From assembly GCA_907165135.1 (NCBI GenBank), contig OU015567.1:8246001-8310000 (forward strand): a DNA stretch of 64,000 nt, given 5' to 3'. Under the pieces are notes generated by a model. The model saw only the letters and a list, made by a program, of their open reading frames with translations, ran no database searches and had not been told where the DNA came from. The position numbers and the translations under genes were made by a program. Below are positions 1 to 12,500 of this stretch, one piece after another. Within the stretch, counting starts at the first letter, position 1, and each line of letters opens with the position of its first letter. The DNA comes from Oikopleura dioica. Taxonomy: Eukaryota; Animalia; Chordata.

Positions 1-3000
1 AGAGCAAGAGTTGTTGCATGGCCAAATTTGAGATTTTCAGCTGACGGAAGAACAGTTGATGGATTCACTTATTTTTAGCTTTATTCGTCGAGCCCGTCGC
101 CAAACGTGGACGTATACGATGTTTTCAAAAAGTTAACATAAGACTGCATGCTGCGATTCGTAGCTTCCGAGTGATCCAGGCGCTCTCGGAGGTCGGCAAG
201 GGTGTGCTCCGAGCGTGCTTCCAGCTCGTCCCGTTGCGATTTCACAGCGCTATAATGACGATAGTTATGATCAGTTGTTTGTTACCGGGATTACCGAAGC
301 TCGCCCTTTTGACGCGTAAGTTCCAGTTCAAGATCAGAATATTTTGTCTGGAGAGAGCGCTCCTTGATTTCATACTTTTCCCGCTCGGCGATCAGGGTTC
401 GCCGGGCTTCGGCATTAGCAGCTTCAATTTGTCTTTCAAGTGCTGAAGGTGCATTCTATTGACGCTCTCATCATTCTGATCTCTTACCATTAATGCTTTG
501 TTGTCGCTCGTCAGCGCGAATTCGCCACTGGTTCGTTTCGCTTCTCGCGATATCGAGCTCTTCGGTTGTCTCTTCAAGCGCTTTTTGAACTTCGTCGAGT
601 CTTATCTCCGCCGCGCTAAGTTTATTGTGATAGATCTTCATTTCTGACTCGTTTTGCTCCGTCAAGATCAGTTGCTTTTGAGTTCGGTCGAGTTGGAATT
701 GAAGATCGGCGTTCTTTTCTTCCAAAGACCTGATCTCGCCAAGAGCTTCGTCCAATCTGAATGATTTGTGAAAGGGGAGGAGGCAGGCGGTCGTTACCTT
801 CTATGAGCAATTCGAAGTTCTTCAGGAAGATCCTTGAGAGCAGCCATGGATCCCATGGCGTCCTCCCGCGCCAGATCGAGCTCTCGATCTTTACGATAGT
901 TCATATCCTGAATTTGCGACTTCAACTCGGCGATAGTGATCTTCATCGTGCTGATTTCACGCGCTTGTTTTGAAATAGTCTCTTCCTTGATTTCATTCTC
1001 GGCGGTGAGAGTGGCAACCTTCTCTGTCTTGAATTCGAGGTCTGAAAAGGAAACTGAATGGAGATTGAAAAGACTGCTCGTGAAATTGATAAATGGGTAA
1101 CTGTGGGAGATAAATGAGACTGAAAGACTCTCACCCCGCTTGACCGGCTTCTTTTCATTCGATTTTGATTTATTTTTTCCTTTATTGACTTTTTAAAATA
1201 AAGTATTTCGATCGAAAGGTACCTCGTTCATTCCGCTTATGATTCAGATTGCTTTCCTCTGCATCGACAGTATTTCTGATGGATCGTTCCTTCCACGCAG
1301 CTAACTCGTGTTGGCTGCGTTTAAGATCGATGCTTAGCTCGTCGTTCTTGAGCTGTAGCATTTCCGCCTTTGTCTTGTGATGTCTGCAAGCTCGCTTGAG
1401 CGCTTGTTTTTCTTGATCTAATCGGATCTTCCCATTTGATGCGCGTTCAGCTTCCAGGAGAGCTTGAGTATCCAAGAGTTGTTTTTTTCGTGGATCGTTC
1501 GCGCGCCTTAATTTCCCTGAAAGAAGTTCAACGTATTATCGTTTTACCTGAGAACGGTTGAGTTCACCCTCTCTGGAGAATAATTCTCGCTGGATCTTCG
1601 CTTTAACGTCTTCAAGATGAGCAACTTTGGCATTGAGCCTCTCTGCCTTCTCCCGCTCAATTTCGGTATCAACACGGAGTCCAGCCAGATCTTGCTCTTT
1701 ATGCTTCAGCTCCGACTTCATGATCGCCGTCTCTGAGTCAGTCTTGACCAATCTTTCGACAACTGCGTCTCGTTGTTCCTCAAGTCTCTGGACATCGAAG
1801 TTCGCTTCTTTGAGCACATTCATTTTTACTCTAATATCACGCGAGAGCATCATGAAACGATCTACTGCGGCGGGATTCGTGAAATCGAGCGTTTTAAGAT
1901 CGAGCTCGGCTGAATGGTACTCGTTGATGGTACTTGAGTGGAAGAAGAGGAACTAACCTTGAACAAGGAGCTTTTGAAGAGACGTGCGCTCGAGGCTAGC
2001 GGGAGACTCGCGAGGAAAAGTTGAGTACATTTCTGTTACTCGTGGAGGTTCTTGTTCGATGACTAGTACTCATTGAAAACAAGGAAGAGATGTAATTCCC
2101 TCACCTTCTTTAATTGGGGGGATTTCCACTTGATGAACGTCCGACTGTACTTCTGTATAAATGTCGTCTTCGACCGCTGGTACTTCTACTCCAGTCGCGT
2201 CCGCTTTACTCGCTGTAGTCGCCAAATTGACAATTTCTTCCGATAGCGTTTTGTTGAGCTCTTGCTCTTTTTGGAGGAGTGCGGATTTCTCGCCTAGTTT
2301 CTCTTTTAGTTGAATCACTTGATCCAGAAGCTCGAAGATCTGAGTTTCTGATGCTGAGTCTACGGTTCGGCAATGTGTAATTGTAAAAGCTAATCTCTAT
2401 CTATTCATGCGCTAACAAAGCCGCGCTTTCTTGCTCAAAGCTTCAAATTCAACGATTGTTTGGAATTGAGCTCTGAGCATAAAAGCGTTGAGTAAATATT
2501 AGCCGACAGAACTATGGAATGTAAAGCTAGTAATGACCATTTTCTATCTAATCTTTTATCAAAATCATTTTACCTAGGAAATGATTTTAGTGAATTAGTG
2601 ATTGAAATCATGGAGGAAAATCATATCAAAAGTTAGTGCAAAACCAAATCACTGAGGATTGAACTTTCTGACCAGTTGCATTTTTGGAAGCAGGCGCCTT
2701 CGTTTTCGTCTTCTGCTGTGGGCCGTCGCCCATTCCGCTTTCGTCCCATTTTAAGTCGCCACGAGAGTCTCTGAGTGATGAGCGTCCCGGTGCTGGGATC
2801 CCTGTTGTAGGAAATTAGTGATTAGAGTCGGTATAAATGGAGGACTGATAAAGGAGTTGAGACTTACATGGTCGTTTAGGAGATGCATCCCGCTTGTAGG
2901 GGCTACGCGTGCGGCTCTTTTTTGGCGATTTAGAGCGCGTCGATTTTCTCCCGTAAATCTGCTGAACGCTCGGCGTCTTTTTAACAGCTACCTCGACCTC

Positions 3001-3006
3001 GGTCAT
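1..3006 (-). CDS. ODF2: ODF2/cenexin-like coiled-coil protein; multi-exon, 3' end runs off the window
   Basis: ATG at 3006 follows the acceptor ttatttcag. The spliced N-terminus contains PWIPAPGRSSLRDSRGDLKWD, resembling ODF2 PWMPPGKSSARPVGCKWE. ORF pieces 2070-2318, 1536-1853, 1182-1475 and 471-755 are all coiled-coil-like heptad sequence. Confidence 0.7.
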
Positions 3007-3523
3007 CCTCTGAAATAAGTTAATCGTTGGGTTGGTAGCTTTGAGTTGTTTCTGAATTGAACTTTGAAGTAGAACTTTTTTCTTTCGTTTTTTCAAAGGG
3101 CGAAATATTCAAAAACTTGACCCTCTTTTCTTCAGAATTGCTTCGAATAACTGTTAGGTGATGATTTTAAGGGTAGTGTGGTGAAAATAACGCGCATATG
3201 AACTTAAAATGGGATTCTAGAGAAACGGAAGAAACATAAACAAGGTAAACTTCCTCCTCAAAGTTGGTGATTATGTGACTGAACAAAATTCTTGCCTAGA
3301 GCATCATTATTGCTGTTTTTCATCCCTCGCAGCTTTATAATTTATAAATAAGAGAAATGTGAAGGGGTTTGTTTTTTGAAACGATGAAGAAGCGATATTT
3401 TCTGTAATGTTTAGTTTTGAACTTGGAAAACTTCCCCACGGGCAGTCGAGATGTGGCTGGTGAAGAATAGTGAATTCGTTTTTTTGGTTTTTGTTTCTAC
3501 AGCGAAATCGGAGGAAGGAAAGC

Positions 3524-6500
3524 TCACTGGGACGCTGGTTCATATCGTGAAGAGGATTCAGAGGTTCCCGAAGCTAGAAATGCAATTTAAAAATATGGAT
3601 TTACAGCGAAGCCGTACTTGTTGAAGAAACTGTATCAGGCTCGCTAGTAGCAGCAGTGTCGAGTAGATCGTGGCCCATGTCGCAAATACGCTCGGCTGAT
3701 GCCGTTCTCATCAGCTCATAGCCTTGTGTATGGTCTAAAATGGCGATAAAAGAACGAAGAAAGGTTGCCGCTTACCATGAGAATGACCACTTGGTGCTTC
3801 GGCTAAACTCATCTTTAGCCACTTGAGACCTTCTTTTAGAGAGCGCAAGATTTCCTCGTTGTTGTAAATGGCGCGACGCACTGCGTCTTCCGAAGCCATG
3901 AGTTTGATAATGAGCTTCAGTGCTTGGTACGCGCGAGTGCCTGTGTTGGAGTTCGATAAACCCCGCACCGTCTTTATAAATTTGTTTGGGTAAAATTATA
4001 TTTCAAATCACCTTTTCGATAATACCAAGAAGGCCATTCTCATGCGCATTCCGGAGAATAAACATTATCCTAGCGTGCTGCAACGCATCATCTAAGACAC
4101 AGTAGCACGCGAGTAAATGCGTCCAGAAAGTCGGAATATCGGGCGTGTTTCCAAACACGAAATTCCAGACGATATCGTCTGCGATCAGCTTTGACATCTT
4201 TCTGTTGTTGAAGAGAATAAACTAGGCAAAATTCTCGAATCAAGAAGAATAAGGGTTAACCCTACTTTTGTGAATTCGAACGCAATATCGGTCTGTTTCT
4301 TCAATTCGGAGTCTCGGATAAGTCTGATGATAGTAGTGCAATTTGCACCTTTGTCATCTTCAAAGAGCTTCATTGCTTCGGGGTCGAAATATGGCTTCTC
4401 CATCACTTCCTCCGAATTGGGCATCTTGATATTCTTGCCATATGGGCTATTTCTAAAGATAAAAATAAAATCTTATTAGGGTAGAAAATCTTACGAAGGA
4501 TGATCTGGCATGGTGTACCGAGACATGTTGCAGTGTCTCGAGAGCGTAGCTACCAACGAATAGAGCTTCGCCATCCCGGCTGATTGCCGATAAGAACTTT
4601 GATATCTTTCCGATTGGAGGGCTAGCGAGGTCAAATTGAACAACAATCCATGGTCGATATAAATATACAAAGGCGGAGCAAGTCCCTCCTGCAGCGGGAA
4701 GCGAAGAAGCAGGTCCAGAATAAGGAAATACTGCTCGGATACATGTACATTGCTCCGGTTATCTGGGCTTGAAATTGACACGAGGTCTTGCATACAACGC
4801 TCGCGGAGCTTGCAATTTTTCTGACAACAAACAGCCAAAATCTTGGCGACAAACAGCCGGATATCCTCATTTGGACAGACAAACTAAAATAATGTAAGAC
4901 ATCGAGTTAAAAGTTCTTTCGAATACCAAATATTGACGGAGAACTTCTGGCGTGAAATACTTGAGAACGGAGTCAGCAAGATAATCGTCCGTTACCACTA
5001 GTTCTTTGATTATCGTGAGCCAGGAAATATCTTCAGTGTTTTGAAGGAAGTTGACTTTTCGATATTGCTGGTGGAGCTTCGAGGCAATGTTGACAACGAA
5101 TGACATGCCAAGGTCGAGTGCCCATTTTGCGAGTTGCTACGAGGAGTTTTGATTTACACCAAGCGATGTTTTCTGATATTTACCTTTGTTTCTTGCCGGA
5201 TACCTGTGCCCTTGTTTCCGCCATTTCTTCGCCACTCTTCTCTTATTTTCTCGTAGCTAGCGTGGACCAAATTGATGTGGAAATCGATAAATTCCTGCGA
5301 GAACATCATTCGCTGGTGCCGCATTTCAGCATTTTGCTGCTCTACTTCCTGCTTGATGTGGCTAGAAAATTAACGAAATGGAACGGACTAATCACATTTT
5401 TACGCAGTCTACCTTGGCATTGTTACTGGCATTTGGCGGCGATCGACAGCTGGTACGCAGAAACTCTCAGAAGTTGACGAGTTGACGGAAATATCAGAAA
5501 GGCCTTGGGAGAGATTCTGGATAGAGCTTTCCTCGATTGATTCGTAGAAGAGCAAATAGGCATTCCACCAGCGGCGGCCTCGGCGGGATTGATTTCTCCT
5601 CCCGTCCCAGAATTCGCCTTGATCTCCGCCAAAGCACTCACCTGCCAGCTGCTCATCGCTCAGGTCGATCTCGCTGACCTCGCAATCGTCGAATTTCAGC
5701 CACTTGGAGTTTGGCTCGGCCGTCTCTCGCACAAAAGAATAGTAGTGCCCGCCGCTTGCCTGGCCAGAATGAACAACAACGCCCTTGAGGCGATAGTTGT
5801 TCTGACTCACTTCAGTTTCGGAATTGTCAATGCCCGCTTCTGTGAATGGAGCCATGTTGAGGACGCGCGGAAACTCAAAGTAGTCGTTGAATTTGATCGA
5901 TTCCTCGCGCTCCCAGTCGTAATCGAAGCGCTTGAGTTGGATGCAAAGATACGGTGGCAGTTTTGCGATACAGAGACGCTTGATCGCTGCGACTTTCGTA
6001 TCGCAAGTTTCGCAGTAATATGAGTTCTCTCCGTCGAGAAGATCACCCTTGACAAATTGATTAAGCGACTCCTGCAGGCTGTGTTGCGAGCGAACATCGA
6101 CTGAAATTGAGGTGAATGCCTCTTCTCGCGAGTATCGATGAGGGCAGTCTTTGCAAATTTTCTGATCAGAAAACGTGCCGCCGAGAAATTCTTGAATCGC
6201 GGATGGCTCGCCATCATCCTTCATTGCTTCATCGAGGGTGTCAACGATTTGGGAATAAAACTCCATCGCGTCCTGTTGATCCCGAACATTTATGTGCTGC
6301 CCACAGAGCTTGACATGGTCCCAGAATTGCCGAGGCACGAAAAATGTCTGTTCAGAAGATGATAAGTGCCCAATTAGACGTTGGAAAATATTGAAGATTT
6401 TATATCGGTATTGCTTATCTGCAGAGTTATTTTGCCTCGACTTTGGATCAGAAAGTTGGCCAGATAAAAGAGCATTCTTCATCGGGTGAATCATGAATAA

Positions 6501-9500
6501 CTGCTGCACAACAGCATTGAGATAACAAGTGGCACCGCCATTTTTGAGCCCAACATAACCAGTTTTGCTTTTTCGCTGGCTCGTTGGAACGACATCGAAG
6601 CGTTCGAGATTTGCCTGCGAATGCCAGTTGCGCTTTAGGAGGGCGGCAAGTTGTTGGAAACTTTCCGGAATGCCCTTTGTCATTTCAACGAGTAGATTCA
6701 TTGCCGCGTGGACGGACGCTTGAGTGTCACAAAGGGGCGAGCCAAGTTTCCGGGGGGACATTGGTGTGTCACCACCTCCAGCCACGCTTTCAATAGCGCC
6801 ATTGTCACAGCCCGAGGCGCGAGCTTCGCGCATGGTCTTGCGATCCAACGGGCTAACGGGGAAGATAATTTCGTTCAGAATCTTCAGCAGTCTATCGGAT
6901 ATATGCAGCAGCTCTGTTTTTGTTAATGACTTGACAAACACTAGAGCGAGCTCAAGGTGCCCCTTGAGAAGAAACTCGTTCGCTTCTTTTGCTGCTATTC
7001 TCGCTTCGAGCCACTCTATCATATCCATGATTCGATTTTTCCCGTCAATGTAGTTTGACTCAATGTAGAACTGATCGAATAAGTCGGATGTAAAGCTGAA
7101 GATTTCCTCAGCGACTTCTGCATTCGATTCCATCATTGACCTCATGTCGTATAAATAGTTTGCAAGTTTGACAGTTGTCTCTTTGTCTGCCAGCTGATTG
7201 TTCAAATATTTTCCAGAGTAAACAACCATCAAAAACATGGATGTGGTCCTCCGGTAGTTACTGTTCTGATGAAGTAATATTGGGATCTTAGATTCGTTAG
7301 ACTCCCTCGTCCCCTAAGGTCACTTGCTTATCTAGATCGAGCTTTGCTCGGTCGCCGCCGTGTATTTCTCTCCATTCGGTAATTCTCGCAGTTCGTGAAT
7401 TAACCTCTATTTTACTCCAGCTCGAAATACAGACGTCAAAGATACTTTACTCGTTTTCTTCCTTCGTCCAGATATAGAGAGCAGGCAAACTACGCTAGAA
7501 GTGGGAGATTCAGCAGAAGCTAGGATCCCTTCAGTGGTATCAGAGTAGTCCCGTTGGAGAAAAGGTAAATTTTCCGCCATCGACAACCGAAGTTTCGCAA
7601 CTTGGACGCTGATTGGCCGTCAGCGGAGTCGAGGGGAACCGAATCACCAACCGCCACCGCGCCGCCGGAGAAACTCCACTCAGAGAATTTTCCGCGCCGC
7701 ACCACACCAACACCACCCCGAGCGAGCGCCACCACACGAGCGCCACCACGACCCACGCGCCGAAAGTCGCGCCCACGCAACCACGCACGCACGCCGGGGA
7801 AAACCTAAAATACTCAGAAAAACAGAATTCTTTCGCCACTTTTCACCAAAAATCGAGAGAAGTTTACGAAGAATCGACCCTTGGACCAGACCTTGAAATT
7901 TCGACAATCGCTGGACAGAGAAATCGTCGGGCGTTTGCGCAAAAGGCACCTCAGCTCATCATATTGCGACTTTTAGTCGCAGTATTTTCTGAGGGCCTGA
8001 AAGGTAATCCAAGGCCCATAAACCCTTACTGCCGATATATTTCGAGCTATGGCGGCGAACAAATCACTGCTAGAAACCGTCACCGAAATAAGAAGCATAA
8101 ACGATCGAGTAAACTACCTCGAAGAACAAGTGCGAAATGACGAATCACTTAAGCCAAGCCTAGAGCCCTTGATCACAGAAAGCAGAGTAAAATTAGAACA
8201 GCTCAGTACAACGCTTCTTACCTGCGAGCTCGATCAAGGAAAAGAATCTACGAATGCTACAATGAGAGAAGAAGCATGGGTGGCCACTACCTGGTCTCGT
8301 CACGTCCAAGACTTGCCGAAGCTGGACGCCGCATGCAACACATCTTTCAACACCTTCTTGGGCAGAGCCGACATTTATCACCGCGCCTACGTCCGCGACA
8401 GACCTTCACGTGAACAGCCTTTCATCGCAGCAGTGTACAGCCACTTCGACTTGAACATCGAACGCTCACTTGGAACCGAATTTCTGAATTGTCAAGACTG
8501 GAAATCGGCCAAGGCGCTGCTAGAGAAATCATTCGCCGCGAAGAGTCACTACTTACTGAAGCTAAGCGAAGTTTTCGACGTCGAATACGACCATTCGAAG
8601 CCGTTTGCACACTACACCGCCAACGTCTTGCAAAAGATGAACGAGGCGAAGCAAGCGACTTTGAACTCTTACCGACAAGAGAAGTCAGCCGACGCCGGGG
8701 TCGATGAAATATTCGACATATTCTCGACGATGATGCTGTACTTGAATCTTAGGAAAGAAGAACCAGACGTTTTCAACGCAATCCTTCCAAGCCTATCAAA
8801 AGTTTACGATATCAACGAACTCTGCCGTCTCGCCCAATCCACAAGACAGAATCGAGTTGACAGCGCGACCGTCTCCCAGCACTTCAACAGAAATAAGAAC
8901 AAAAAGAAGAAGAATGCTAAGCGCGCCAGCACCGATTCTAAGGATGGGAAAGACGATAAACAACCAGAATCCAAGAAGATTAATACGACTAAGAACGTCG
9001 AAGATTTCCAACCATTCGATGTTCACTTTTACACAGTGAAGAAGAAGCGACCAGGAAAGGCTTATTTCGCTTCGGCTACCATCATTACGGGCTCTAAAAG
9101 TTTTGACGTATCGATGGAAGTCGACAGCGGAGCCGAGTCCTCCTGTCTGTCCGCTGCTTACGTTCCCGACAAATTTCTCCAGATGCTGAAGCCCTGCCCC
9201 TTCAAGGTCACCGGTTTCAGCCCAAATATCCCCGCCGAGCAGCCGAGGGGTATCCTTCCCTGCCGCTTATCATTCAATGGTGGCCCTGCATTCTCCTTGA
9301 ATCTCACCATCATGCCAGGCAGTAAATACCCAAGTCTACTGGGCCGCGATATACTAGAGAATGCGATGACGGACAGCTTCACAGTCGACAATAAGAATCG
9401 TACTCTCTCATTTTGCTACAACGAAGCCTTCACACAAACTGAGACTCAAGTGGTGAAGCTGGACGGAGTGAAGCGGACCAAAATCAAGAAATACTTGACG

Positions 9501-12500
9501 ACTAGATCAGCGGTCAAAGACAGCGATCGGTCCCGCACTCAACCACCACGAGAAGTCCCAAAGCTGGACGCGCCGAACAAGAACGCAGCCAGGTGCCCCA
9601 TTCAGCTAGCGAAGCAAAAACTCGGAATAACCCTACCAGCAGACGCAGACCCGGGGCAAAAGAAGATGGTCGCCGAGCTGTGTTTGGAATTCGACGACAG
9701 ATTCGGCTGCGACGGTCAAAAAATGGGTGAATTCCCGTTCGAGATCGAAATCCCGACTGATGGTACGAGTCGAAACATCAGTCAACACCCGATTCCGCAA
9801 GCTTTTCATGGTCAGGTCAGCGATCACATCTCCGAACTGCTCGAAACGAAAATAATAGAAGAGATCAAAGACCAGAAAGGGTTTAACAGCCCGGTATTGC
9901 CTATTCCTAAGAAATCTGGGGAAATGCGCTTCTGCATCAACTACAAAAACAGCCTGAACAAATGCCTCTCCGACAAATCCGACCCTTACCATCTCCCAAG
10001 CATGGAGGATACGATTGCGAACATTGGACCGGGCAATAAGTTTTTCGCCACAGTTGATCTACGAAGTGGATATTGGCAGTGCCCTGTAAAGAAAAGCGAC
10101 AGGTACAAGACTTCCTTCCAGTGGGGTGGGAAATCTTACGCCTTCTGCAGACTACCATTCGGTTATCGATGCTCGGGGAATATATTCTCGCGCGTCGTAA
10201 ACACAATTCTCGACTCAAGCCCCACCAGGAAAAAGATGCTTTCTTATATCGATGACATAGTGTGTTTTGGGAAGACTTTCAGCTGCTATTACAACACTCT
10301 CCGAAACCTATTCATCGCGCTCCGCAAGTTTAACGCTAAACTCAAGGGCGAAAAGTGCTCTTTCCTACAATCCGAAGCTCACTTTTTGGGCCGAATCATC
10401 AACGAAGATGGAATCAAACCGGACCCTGCGCAAGTCTCCGCTCTTCGTCAGATGAAACCCCCACGCTCCCAAAAGGAGTTAGCTTCATTAATCGGGTCAT
10501 TGAATTGGATCCGAGGTTTTCTAGAAACGAAAATGGGCGAAGCTATTTCATCCGGTTGCTTCTCGAGCAGAATGAAGCCCATAAACGATGTTCGAAATTC
10601 GGCGAACGAAACAAATTGTTTCAAGTGGACCAAAGAAGCGGATTTGGCGCTCAAGGAAATTCAACGACGACTCTCCGAGACTCCAGTCATAAGTTTTCCT
10701 AACTTTGACGAGTCTTTTCATCTCTACACAGACGCGAGCCTGTACGCAGCGGGTGGCGTCCTGCTACAAGAGTATGGCGGGAGAGTGCACCTAGTAAGCG
10801 CGATTTCCCACACCTTCAACAAAGCTGAAAGAAAATGGAACACTTCAGAAAAGGAAATGTTTAGCATTGTCTGGTGCTGCGAGCGACTGGAAAAGCTCCT
10901 GAAAGGTAGATTCTTTCAGATTCACACAGACCACCGATCTTTGATCTTCCTACACAAAAAGAAGTTCAAGAATTCTAAAATAAGCCGATGGCAAAGCCGA
11001 TTGGAAGAATTCGATTTTCACATTGTCTACATCAAGGGATCAGAAAATCAATTCGCCGACTTTATGAGCCGCAGACCTGGCGAGGACGACAAATCACTTG
11101 GATACGACTCTGAGTTTCCCGTTGGTCGCGAGTACGAAATCGACAAGAATTCACCAGTACGTGTCTTCGTCCCTTTCTGGAACGAAAATCAGTTTCCGGA
11201 GAAAATCACTTTATCAGAGGTGAAGATACATAAGGTAAACGTCAAGGCTATCGCGGCGCCAATGGAGATTCCGTTGGTGTCAGCGAATTATAATAACATT
11301 CTGGACTATCAAAGGGAGGACTCTGCTCTGAGTGCAATCATCACTTTTCTGGAATCTGGTAAGGAGCCACTGGACATAAAATCGCTGGTGAAGGACTCCG
11401 ACCACCGACAATCGTCTCTACTCAAGATGGAAAAAGCTCTGTTCCTGGATAACACTACCGGGTGCTTGATGTGTCAATTCAAATCTGGCGCGCGGGCGGT
11501 GGTACCGGAAGCGGTAAAAAGTCACTTTCTCTTTCTAGCTCACGACTTGTCCGGTCATCTGGGCGAGCCGCGGACTTTAGAGCGATTAGAGGACGTTTGG
11601 TGGCCTTCATTTCAAGACGATGTTTCTAACTACGTCCACAGCTGCGTCCCTTGCCTACGCAGAAAAGGATCTGCTGGAACTCGTACCAAACCGCCACTTG
11701 GAACCCTTCGTCGTGGAAAAACAGCTGGCGAATCGATTCAGATCGATTTCGCTTGTATGCCTCCCGCTGGCGGATTCAAGTATTATTTGGTGGTGGCGGA
11801 CACTTTCTCTCGCTACACTTGGTGCATTCCGACGCGGTCCGACACTGCTATCTGCGCTGCAAAAGCGCTCATCTACAAGGTCTTCCTTCCCATGGATTTC
11901 TTGCCGAAACATCTACACAGTGACAGAGGTACCCACTTCTGCGCAAGCGTGATTGACGAAATGTGTAAGCTTAACCAGATAAAACATACAATAAGTACCG
12001 CATTTCACCCTCAATCAAACGCTTTCGCAGAAAGAGCGAATCGGACTATCAAAAACAGTCTATTCTGCATGGTCAACTCATCTTCCGGTCGAAAAACTTG
12101 GGCCGACTGCGTTCCCCACGTGATGCGCGCGCTCAATAGTGTGAAAAACAAAAGCACGAAAATTTCACCGCGAGAAGTTTGGTTTGGCCGAAAAAGTACT
12201 TTCACCCACTCTACTGGCGCAGAAATGACAGCGGAAACACCTCAGGTGTTTGGTCTCAATGTGGGAGCTTTAGCGAAATCGGCGGAAGCCATTGTGAAAA
12301 CTGCGATGGAAGCTGCTGACCGAGCCATGGAGCACAGGCTGAAAAACGAGCCTAAGCCGAGACCAATCCCCGCTGGCGCTGTCGTGTACATTAAGCGAGA
12401 AAACCTGACCGACGCTAAAAGCAAGAAGGAACGCTGGGTAGGTCCCCTGAAAGCCGTTTCGAGCAACGACTGGGTCGTCATGGTCGAAGATAAAAAAGGA

